From an uncultured Acidobacteriaceae bacterium (GTDB lineage: Bacteria > Acidobacteriota > Terriglobia > Terriglobales > Acidobacteriaceae), in the NCBI GenBank assembly GCA_963819765.1, contig CAWFXF010000001.1, forward strand, positions 206,506-270,505: a DNA stretch of 64,000 nucleotides, given 5' to 3'. The notes beneath the pieces were generated by a model that did no database searches, was not told where the DNA came from, and was given only the letters and a program-made list of their open reading frames with translations. This document shows positions 9,894-17,467 of this stretch, one piece after another; within the stretch, counting starts at the first letter, position 1; each line of letters opens with the position of its first letter. Both the position numbers and the translations under genes were made by a program.

Positions 9894-10400
9894 TTGTTGA
9901 CAAAGGCGCTCCGAACACTAGCTTTGGTCGTCACAGTTTCCGGGGTTGCCCTGGCTCAGGGACACGGCAACCGTACCTATTTCAATCAGGACATCTTTGT
10001 CGCACAAGGACAAGAGGTTCACAACGCCATCTGTTTTTTCTGCTCGGTCCAGGTGGAAGGCGAACTTAGCGGGCGCGTCCTGGTCGTTTTCGGCAGTCTC
10101 AATGTCTCGGGTCGCGTTGAAGGCGGAGCCATGGTGATTGGTGGAAATGCTGTCCTCGATTCGCAGGCCCGGTTAGGTGGCAACGCGGTCGTGATTGGAG
10201 GCAATGCCGTTTACGAATCCGAGGAGTCGATCTTAGGCAACGCTTATGTAATCGGGGGACATCTGTCAACCTTTGGCGAGCGTGCGAAGACTACACGCAG
10301 AGTTTCTTTTAGCCCCGCCTTTTTCTATAGCCTGGCGGTGATCATTCTGGTTTTGTTCTCTGTATTGTTCTTCCCCAGACGCCGTCCGAACACGGCCTGA
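9894..10400 (+). CDS. paralog of 9305-9829 (CFFC motif, GGNAVxxG repeats, C-terminal TM anchor)
   Basis: TTG start after GGGGGA. Signal peptide LRTLALVVTVSGVALAQ, repeats GGNAVLDS/GGNAVVIGGNAV, then a TM helix FFYSLAVIILVLFSVLFF. The architecture is the same as the upstream gene. Confidence 0.6.
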   Translation: MLTKALRTLALVVTVSGVALAQGHGNRTYFNQDIFVAQGQEVHNAICFFCSVQVEGELSGRVLVVFGSLNVSGRVEGGAMVIGGNAVLDSQARLGGNAVVIGGNAVYESEESILGNAYVIGGHLSTFGERAKTTRRVSFSPAFFYSLAVIILVLFSVLFFPRRRPNTA

Positions 10401-10419
10401 ACGTTTACGAATTTAAAGC

Positions 10420-10450
10420 GTAAGGGCTCCGATCAAATCGGAGCCCTTAC
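10420..10450. terminator. perfect 14-bp hairpin between convergent genes
   Basis: GTAAGGGCTCCGAT-CAA-ATCGGAGCCCTTAC, flanked by ATTTAAA on the left. It sits between the stop of 9894-10400 (+) and the stop of the bamD-like gene (-). Confidence 0.6.
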
Positions 10451-10470
10451 TGTATTCGAATGGATCCGGG

Positions 10471-12216
10471 TTAGAAGGGATTGATCTTCGACAGGCCCTT
10501 CTTCTTCTTATGCTTGCTCGACGACTCGTCATCCTTGTCATATGCAGGCTTGGAAGCTTTCTTCCCGTTTGCCGGAGGCGCCTGTGCGGCTGGCTGCGAA
10601 CCAGGAGTGACATCGTTTACAGCATCGGGCGCCGCGGCTGGTTTTTCAATCGGCGGAGGCGCTACAGCGTTGTCCGGTCCGACAGCTTTCAGTCCGCCAT
10701 TGGCATCGTTCGCCTTGGTCTGTGACGACGGCGTAAGAATCTCTACACCCATTGAGTTTCCTGCAGGTGCGCTACCCCCCGAAGGTGCTGCCGAGGGAAC
10801 GTTCGTCATCACAGATGCCCCGCTGCCACTGTCTCCCTGACCTGCAGCCGGAATCTCCTGAAACTGCAACGGAGTTTTAGCTGCTGCTGGTTGGGGTGGA
10901 GCTCCGGTTGAATTGGCGGCGGCAGCATCGGAGCCGGGCGCCGGTTGGGGATTGCCAGATGTAGTAGCGGCTGCTGGAGCGGTTCCGGGATTCATGGCGT
11001 TCTTGACGCTATCGGCGAAACCACGAGTGATATCCGGAGCCAACGTCGCTTTGGGATCAGACAAAGATGGTTCACCGTCACGTGCGGCCATTACTGTATC
11101 GGGCCGCCGCAGGATCATCAGCTTAGCGCGATCCTGAAGAGTGTAGCCGCGACGGCTGTTTTCCAGCGCTGCGCTGGCCGCTGCCTGCTCGGGAGTAGGA
11201 GCGGGAATGGGAAGGTTCATTGCTGCCAGCCGATCGCGGGCATCCTCCACGTGAGGTGAGGCCGCGTGCTCCAGGACGACTTTGCGATAGGAGGCTGCAG
11301 CCTGATCGTCATAAACCTTCAAGAGTCGGGCCCTGGCGTCCTCCGGCAGTTGCTTCCAATTTCGGATTGCCTTCGCCTCGGCCGAGTAGGCATCGCCAAG
11401 GCCAATCAGAACGTCGTCCATATGGCTGTACTGCGGGTACGTATCGGCTACGGTTTGTAAACGGGCAATGGTTGCGGCCCAGTTCTCGTGGGAGGCATAG
11501 AATGCGCCGATCTCAGCCTCTCGCGTGGCCAACACCTCCTGCGTCTCCCGGAGCCGTTGTTTAGCCTGCGGCACGAGAGTGGAGTCCGGGAATTGCTGCA
11601 GCATGAGGCGATACTCCTCCTGCGCGTGAACTGCCTTGGAGTAATCGCGATCGGGTTTGTCCATCTGGCGGAAGTAGATGTCGCCTACGCGCATCTGAGC
11701 TTCTGCGGCTTCGGGCGCATTGGGGAAGAAGGTGATGAAGTCTTTGTATTCCTGTTCGGCCTGCATTAAGGCTGCCGATCCACCCTCTTTGTACCAGCTA
11801 TCGGCGATGGCCAGCTTTGCCTTCATCTGGTATTGCGAATCGGGATAGGTGTTGAGAAGGGTCTGCAGATCGAGCCGCGCTACGTCGAAGTGGCCCTTCT
11901 TGGTGGCTGCCACCGCCTTGTCGTAGAGCTGCTTATCAGGCAGCTTGGAATCGGCCGTTGCGATGGAATCGGTTTTCTTCTCTTTGCGGAGCTGTTTCTT
12001 GGTGTCCTTGGATTGAACGACTTTGTCGTCCTTTTTTGAGGACTTGTCAGAAGTGGACAGAGTCACCGTTTGCTGCGGCTGTCCAGTCGCGTCCGTTGTA
12101 GTTTGTGTAGAACCAGTTACCTGTGCGGAAGCGATGGAAACTGCCATCAGGCTTGCGACGGCAAGACCGGCCATGATGCCAGCCCGCACCCCTGGGAAGA
12201 AAGAACGCTTTTTCAT
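10471..12216 (-). CDS. BamD/YfiO-like TPR outer-membrane assembly protein with long low-complexity extensions
   Basis: The core QLYDKAVAATKKGHFDVARLDLQTLLNTYPDSQYQMKAKLAIADSWYKEGG...EYKDFITFFPNAPEAAEAQMRVGDIYFRQM is BamD-like TPR. The N-terminus is a signal peptide without a lipobox Cys. The C-terminal region of about 270 aa is Pro/Ala/Gly/Ser-rich. Confidence 0.7.
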   Translation of the reverse strand: MKKRSFFPGVRAGIMAGLAVASLMAVSIASAQVTGSTQTTTDATGQPQQTVTLSTSDKSSKKDDKVVQSKDTKKQLRKEKKTDSIATADSKLPDKQLYDKAVAATKKGHFDVARLDLQTLLNTYPDSQYQMKAKLAIADSWYKEGGSAALMQAEQEYKDFITFFPNAPEAAEAQMRVGDIYFRQMDKPDRDYSKAVHAQEEYRLMLQQFPDSTLVPQAKQRLRETQEVLATREAEIGAFYASHENWAATIARLQTVADTYPQYSHMDDVLIGLGDAYSAEAKAIRNWKQLPEDARARLLKVYDDQAAASYRKVVLEHAASPHVEDARDRLAAMNLPIPAPTPEQAAASAALENSRRGYTLQDRAKLMILRRPDTVMAARDGEPSLSDPKATLAPDITRGFADSVKNAMNPGTAPAAATTSGNPQPAPGSDAAAANSTGAPPQPAAAKTPLQFQEIPAAGQGDSGSGASVMTNVPSAAPSGGSAPAGNSMGVEILTPSSQTKANDANGGLKAVGPDNAVAPPPIEKPAAAPDAVNDVTPGSQPAAQAPPANGKKASKPAYDKDDESSSKHKKKKGLSKINPF

Positions 12217-12286
12217 CAGCCCTGAACCTCATTCCGTCCGACGCGACCGTGCGTGCCAAGACGTGCTCTTATTTTAGTCTTTCTGG

Positions 12287-12961
12287 TCAGCCTTGTGCGG
12301 CTTCCGAGGCCCGGGCCAGCTTCAATAATTTCCGGGCGTTCTGCTCGGTCTTTCCGCGCTGGAAGACGGCCGAGCCGGCGACAAGCATCTCCGCTCCTGC
12401 TTCGACCACCAATCCGACCGTATCGTGAGCAACGCCACCATCGACTTCGATGCGGAATTTGAGTCCCATCTGCTTACGCAATTCGGCCAGACGGGCGATC
12501 TTGTGGAGTGCCAGGGGGAGGAACTTCTGGCCGCCGAAGCCGGGGTTTACGCTCATGACGAGTACATGATGCACCATCGGGAGGACTTCGATGAGGGTTT
12601 CTACCGGAGTTGCGGGGTTGATGACGACTCCGGGAAGGACTCCGCACTCAAAGATGAGTTGCAGGGTGCGGTGCAGATGGCGGCAGACTTCCTGGTGGAC
12701 GCTGATAAGATCCGCGCCTGCCTCAGCAAAGGCAGGAATGAAGGCGTCGGGATTGTCGATCATCAGGTGGCAGTCAAGCGGCAGGTTGGTGATTGGCCGC
12801 AGCGCTTCGACCATTGGAGGACCAAAGGTAATGTTGGGCACGAAATGCCCGTCCATGACGTCCACGTGGACGATGCTTCCGCCGCCGCGCTCGGCAGCCT
12901 TGACCTCGTCGGCGAGGTGGGCGAAGTCGGAGGCAAGGATCGAGAATGCCAGTTCTACCAA
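12287..12961 (-). CDS. rpe: ribulose-phosphate 3-epimerase
   Basis: VHVDVMDGHFVPNITFG, HLMI and MSVNPGFGGQKF motifs, 224 aa. Confidence 0.95.
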   Translation of the reverse strand: MVELAFSILASDFAHLADEVKAAERGGGSIVHVDVMDGHFVPNITFGPPMVEALRPITNLPLDCHLMIDNPDAFIPAFAEAGADLISVHQEVCRHLHRTLQLIFECGVLPGVVINPATPVETLIEVLPMVHHVLVMSVNPGFGGQKFLPLALHKIARLAELRKQMGLKFRIEVDGGVAHDTVGLVVEAGAEMLVAGSAVFQRGKTEQNARKLLKLARASEAAQG

Positions 12962-12984
12962 GGGGTTCTCCTACTGCGAGTCTA

Positions 12985-14373
12985 TCAGTCTGATTGTGTC
13001 TTGCTCCGCTTCTTGTCGATTACTGCGACGACGCGTTCGACGTCGGGCCGGCCCTCGTGGAGGATGCGGGTCTTGATCTCCTTCTCGGCCGCTTTGGCAG
13101 CGTCGCGCTGCACGTCGGGCAACGGCTTCGGATCGCCGAGGACCTGACGCGCGGCTCCCCGTAGGATGCGGCGCATGGACCAGCTTCCGTCCGGATTGGG
13201 CAGGAAGACTTCGCCAGTCCTCTGCTTCTCGGGCCGATAATACCAGCGGCGGAAAAGCGAGAGGTGATCGCTGAGCAATGCTGTGTCTGTGCCTGGCGCC
13301 AGCCGGGTTTCGAGGCGCTCGAGAGTGGCTTTGGCGCGATCTTCCGGCGAGTTGGCCGGATCGGGCTGCTCGCCTTCGATTGGGACGGCTTGCAGCATCA
13401 GCGGCTGGGCGAAGAGCGAGCTGCCTACGCTGGTCTGCTCCTTTACGGCGCGGACGCCGAGGGTTGAGAGGCGTTCGGGGCCGGCGATGCAGCCGCCTTC
13501 GAGGAGGAAGACTGCGGCTTCAGGTGCATGGTCTTCCGACTCCGCTGCTCCCTGGACGATGATGGCTCGCAGCCTGGGGATCGGCTGGACGATCTCGTCG
13601 GCCAGCGAGGCTGCGGCTTTGACCTTCTGGTACTGCTCGTGAAGCTGTGCGGCGCGCTCGAACTCCATCTCTTCAGAGGCACGGTCGCGGTCGGCGGCGA
13701 TCTGTGTGAGCATCGATTCGCCGCGGGTATCGAAGAAGGCCTTTACCGATGCGGTTTCGGCTGCGTACTGCTCGGCGGTGCAGGCTTGTTTGCAGGGCTC
13801 GATGCACTTGTGCATCTCTCCGTAGACGCAGCCGGGATGTTCGGGATACGGTTGCAGGTCTTCGTGGCAGCGGCGCAGTTTGAAGAGATCGAGGACTGCG
13901 TCGCAATAACGTTCGGCGGCGGCTCGCGATGGGAAGGGGCCGTACATCTGGGCGAGTCCGCGTTTGGAGAGGCGGTTGGTTGCGTAGACTCGCGGGAACT
14001 GGTTCTCCAGCGTGATGCGCAGGAAGGTTGGCGTGTGCAGCTTGAGTCTTCGGCGGGCTTCTGTGTGGCCGAAGATGGTGGTTGCTGCGTTGTAGAGGGT
14101 GAGGGTGGACTCGAACTCCGAGCCGGTTACGGTGTATTCGATTCGGGCGACTTTGTCGCGCAGGTTGAGGCGCTTCGACTGCGATTCGGGTGGGGCGAGC
14201 AGGCGCTTCATGCGGCGACGAAGATCGGCCGTTCGCGTCAGGTATGGTTCGGCGTTGGCTTGCTCTCCGTAGAGGGCGAAGACTCCGGGAAGCGCGGGAA
14301 TGGAACGCAGAATCTCGTCGGCTTGCTCGGGAGAGAAGCTGACGATTTTTTCGAAGTGGAAGTTCGCCGCCAC
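12985..14373 (-). CDS. UvrC-like GIY-YIG / UVR-domain protein (no recognisable HhH C-terminus)
   Basis: N-terminal LPGVFALYGEQANAEPYLTRTADLRRRMKRLL (GIY-YIG-like) and the UVR-like helix ASEEMEFERAAQLHEQYQKV. At 462 aa it is shorter than canonical UvrC. Confidence 0.6.
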   Translation of the reverse strand: MAANFHFEKIVSFSPEQADEILRSIPALPGVFALYGEQANAEPYLTRTADLRRRMKRLLAPPESQSKRLNLRDKVARIEYTVTGSEFESTLTLYNAATTIFGHTEARRRLKLHTPTFLRITLENQFPRVYATNRLSKRGLAQMYGPFPSRAAAERYCDAVLDLFKLRRCHEDLQPYPEHPGCVYGEMHKCIEPCKQACTAEQYAAETASVKAFFDTRGESMLTQIAADRDRASEEMEFERAAQLHEQYQKVKAAASLADEIVQPIPRLRAIIVQGAAESEDHAPEAAVFLLEGGCIAGPERLSTLGVRAVKEQTSVGSSLFAQPLMLQAVPIEGEQPDPANSPEDRAKATLERLETRLAPGTDTALLSDHLSLFRRWYYRPEKQRTGEVFLPNPDGSWSMRRILRGAARQVLGDPKPLPDVQRDAAKAAEKEIKTRILHEGRPDVERVVAVIDKKRSKTQSD

Positions 14374-14404
14374 GTTCAGAAGATTGTAGTTTGTCTGTTG
14401 GCTG

Positions 14405-15793
14405 TCAGGAGCCCGCGATGGTCATGCCTTCGATGCGGATCGTGGGTGCGGCGGCGGAGCTTCGGAAGTGGAGGTCGTTGGCGATGGCTACGATGTTGCG
14501 GTACATGTCTTTCAGGTTGCCAGCGATGGTGATCTCTTCGACCGGGTAGGCGAGTTCGCCGTTTTCGATCCAAAGGCCGGCGGCACCCTGGGAGTAGTCT
14601 CCGGTAACGAGGTTGACACCGAAGCCCATGGTTTCGGTGACGTAGAGGCCGTTTTTTACGTCGCCGATCAGGACTTCGGGAGTGCAGTCGCCGGGCTCGA
14701 CGTAGAAGTTGTGGGAGCCGATGCCGGGGCTGCCGGCGAGGCCGCGGGAGGCGTTTCCGGTGGAGCGCATGTTCAGCTTGCGGGCGGTGTAGGTGTTGTT
14801 GACGTAGGTCTTGAGGATGCCTTTTTCGACGAGGACGGTGCGGCGTGTGGGCAGGCCCTCGCCGTCGAAGGGCGCGGTACCGAAGCCGCCGATGCCATCG
14901 AGCATCATGGTGCCGTCGTCGATGATGGTGATGTTTTCGCCGGCGACCTGCTTGCCGAGCATGTCGTCGAGAAAGGTTGCGTGGCGGTAGATGGCGTCTC
15001 CGTTGGCGGCGTCGAAGATGCTACCGATGATGCCGCGCGAGATCTCGGGGGAGAAGACTACGGGCGCCTTTTGCGTGGGGACGCGGCGGGCTCCGAGGTG
15101 GCGGAGGGTACGCTCGGCGGCGATGCGTCCGATCTCTTCAGGGGACTCGAGTTTTTTGGCGGTGCGGGAGCTTGAGTACCAATAGTTGCGCTGCATGCCG
15201 CCCTTGTCATCGATGGCGATCGGGGCGACGGAGAACCCGCAGTAGCTGCGGCGGTATTCGCCGATGAAGCCGCGGGAGTTGACGAAGATTTTGTGGGAGG
15301 TGCCGGTGTCGAAGTCCGCGCCCCCGGAGTTCTGGATGCGAGTGTCGCAGGCCATGGCGGCGGCTTCGGCACGGCGAGCGATCTCGATGCGTTCGGCCGG
15401 GGGCAATTCGTTGACGTCGTCGAAGTAGAGCTTGAGGTCGCCCTGGAGCTGGCCGAACTCTTCGGGTTCGGCGAGGCCGGCGAAGGGGTCTTCGCCGGTG
15501 ATTTTTACGAGTGTCATGGCTCCGTCTACGAGGTGTTCGATGGAGTCTTCGGAGAAGTCGGAGGTGGAGGTGTTGGCGGTTTTCTGGCCGAGAAAGACGC
15601 GAAGGCCGATGGCGCGGGAGCCGGCTTCTTTAAGGGTCTCAACCTGGCCGAGACGGACCCGGACTTCGAATTCGTCGCCCTCGTATACGACGGCTTCGGC
15701 ATCGGTGGCTCCGGCGTGGAGTGCCCGGGAGAGGATGTCGGAGGCGAGCTGGCGGAGATTGGTCTTCAGGGTCTGGGTATCGGACTGCATCAT
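14405..15793 (-). CDS. pmbA: PmbA/TldE-family metalloprotease subunit
   Basis: 462-aa PmbA_TldD-family protein lacking the HExxxH motif. Its TldD partner is at 23369-24811. Confidence 0.85.
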   Translation of the reverse strand: MMQSDTQTLKTNLRQLASDILSRALHAGATDAEAVVYEGDEFEVRVRLGQVETLKEAGSRAIGLRVFLGQKTANTSTSDFSEDSIEHLVDGAMTLVKITGEDPFAGLAEPEEFGQLQGDLKLYFDDVNELPPAERIEIARRAEAAAMACDTRIQNSGGADFDTGTSHKIFVNSRGFIGEYRRSYCGFSVAPIAIDDKGGMQRNYWYSSSRTAKKLESPEEIGRIAAERTLRHLGARRVPTQKAPVVFSPEISRGIIGSIFDAANGDAIYRHATFLDDMLGKQVAGENITIIDDGTMMLDGIGGFGTAPFDGEGLPTRRTVLVEKGILKTYVNNTYTARKLNMRSTGNASRGLAGSPGIGSHNFYVEPGDCTPEVLIGDVKNGLYVTETMGFGVNLVTGDYSQGAAGLWIENGELAYPVEEITIAGNLKDMYRNIVAIANDLHFRSSAAAPTIRIEGMTIAGS

Positions 15794-15807
15794 CTACCTT
15801 AGAGTAT

Positions 15808-16100
15808 CCCCCCTCCCTATCTTTTCCTGCAAATTGTTCATTATATTAGACTTAGATCTGGTCCATGCGCGTAAATTATTCCATTTACAGGGTTTAGCGG
15901 CAAAATATTCATAGATAAGGAGTTGATCGATCAACGGAACGGCGAAAGATGCCTCCGGCGGGTTGCCCAAGGCATTCGAACGTCCTCGCTACCTTCATTA
16001 TAGTGAAATGAGGAAACTGCTCTGCCACGCATAAGTGGTTATTTTGCTGTCAGTTGAGAGATTTTTGGACTTGACAGATTTCTGTGGAAATTCAATCGTA
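15808..16100 (+). repeat. intergenic repeat family, copy A
   Basis: CCCCCCTCCCTATCTTTTC...GCAAATTGTTCA...CTTAGATC...GCGCGTAAATTATTC...AACTGCTCTGCCAC...GGACTTGACA (TTGACA at 16071-16076). Homologous to 33601- and 63259-. Confidence 0.8.
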
Positions 16101-16119
16101 TCTGAAATGGGAGCGAGGA

Positions 16120-16539
16120 ATGAGTGAGTCTGGGAATAAGGCGGTGATCCGCAGATTTATCGAAGAGGTTCTGAACCAGAAGCGGCTGGAGGTGGCGGAC
16201 GAGATTGTTGCCGAGGATTTTGTTGAGCTGGATCCACTGCCGGGGCAAGGGCCGGGGCGCGATGGATTGAAAGAGGTGTTGGCGATGATGAGCGCGGGAT
16301 TTCCGGACATCCATTGGGTGGTAGAGGAGACGGTGGCTGAAGGGGAGAAGGTGGTCAGCCGGTTTACGTGGACGGGCACGCATCGCGGGACGTTTCTGGG
16401 GATTCCGGCAACGGGGAAGAGTGTTGCCGTGAAGGGTGTGGTGATCGATCGGGTGGTTGATGGGAAGATGACGGACAGCAGGATTTTGATGGACACGATG
16501 GGAATGTTGCAGCAGCTTGGCGTTATGCCGGGAGCCTAA
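16120..16539 (+). CDS. SnoaL-like ester cyclase family protein
   Basis: [20 protein letters not shown]...[21 protein letters not shown], with the RBS GAGCGAGGA before the ATG at 16120. The track start at 16084 is a GTG. Confidence 0.7.
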   Translation: MSESGNKAVIRRFIEEVLNQKRLEVADEIVAEDFVELDPLPGQGPGRDGLKEVLAMMSAGFPDIHWVVEETVAEGEKVVSRFTWTGTHRGTFLGIPATGKSVAVKGVVIDRVVDGKMTDSRILMDTMGMLQQLGVMPGA

Positions 16540-16561
16540 CGGTCTTTTGTTGTTGACCAGG

Positions 16562-17458
16562 CTACATTTTGAAATTGCGCATGTAGTCTGCATCCACTTT
16601 CAGCGATTCCTTCCATGGCATGTCGAAAGCCTCCTGTTCGACGAAGGAGTGTTCGATGTGCTGCGTTTTGGCGGCTTGGGCGAAGATGGGATGGTAGTCG
16701 ATGGTTCCCTGGCCCAGTTCTGTCACCTTTACGTCGTGGGGATCGGACGATGGGGATGCGAGCTTGAAGTCTTTGACGTGAAGCATGGTGATGCGGTGGG
16801 GGTGGTTCTTCAGGATTTCGGCTGGATCCATGGAAGCGACACGCGCCCATCCGCAGTCGAGCTCGAAGGTGACTTTTTGGGGATCGGTGAGGCGGAGCAG
16901 CTCCATGTAGGGCGTCTTGCCTTCGGTTAGGGTGAACTCCGGTGTGTGGTTGTGATAGCCGAAGCGCAGGCCGGCTGCGGCGGTTTTTTCGCCAAAGAGA
17001 TTGAACTGCTCGGCGTTGTAATGCCAGTCGTCGAGCGAGAGGGGTGCGTGGGCTCCGGCAGCACCGGCAGGGGGAGGAGTGCGTCGTCCGGGGCTGGAGC
17101 AGATGATGAAGCGGACTCCGAGCTCTTTATCGTAAGCGACGATCTCATCGAAGCGCGTGGACAGATCGGCGAACGGGTGATGCGCACTGACGCAGTGCAG
17201 GTTGGCTTTGTCGAGGGCAGCGCGGATCTCTTTGGCAGATTTTTTGGGCAGGGCGGCGGCCTCGACTTCGGTGTAGCCTGCGGCGCTGACGGCTGCTAAT
17301 GCGCCGTCGAGGTCTTCGGCCATCTGCTGGCGAACGGAGTAGAGCTGGATGCCGAGCGGCAGGCCGAGAGGAGTTGCGAGGGCAGCGCGATTTAGCAGAG
17401 TGGTAAGTGCAAGGGCTGTTGTGCCTGCGATGAAGTCTCTGCGCGAAGTCTGGGTCAC
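16562..17458 (-). CDS. Tat-exported sugar phosphate isomerase/epimerase (xylose-isomerase-like TIM barrel)
   Basis: Twin-arginine signal SRRDFIAGTTALAL and TIM-barrel motifs (GYHNH, LHVKDF). Confidence 0.8.
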   Translation of the reverse strand: MTQTSRRDFIAGTTALALTTLLNRAALATPLGLPLGIQLYSVRQQMAEDLDGALAAVSAAGYTEVEAAALPKKSAKEIRAALDKANLHCVSAHHPFADLSTRFDEIVAYDKELGVRFIICSSPGRRTPPPAGAAGAHAPLSLDDWHYNAEQFNLFGEKTAAAGLRFGYHNHTPEFTLTEGKTPYMELLRLTDPQKVTFELDCGWARVASMDPAEILKNHPHRITMLHVKDFKLASPSSDPHDVKVTELGQGTIDYHPIFAQAAKTQHIEHSFVEQEAFDMPWKESLKVDADYMRNFKM

Positions 17459-17467
17459 GTTGGTCTC

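Noticed and set aside
1-10400. The first 10 kb or so (comEC to valS) looks less GC-rich than the rest
   Set aside because: This rests only on eye inspection and a few spot counts of 60-nt lines, which were noisy (roughly 42-62 percent versus about 62 percent later). The genes are core housekeeping with normal synteny (nadC-birA-coaX). A sliding-window GC/GC3 calculation is needed before any claim of chimerism or foreign origin.
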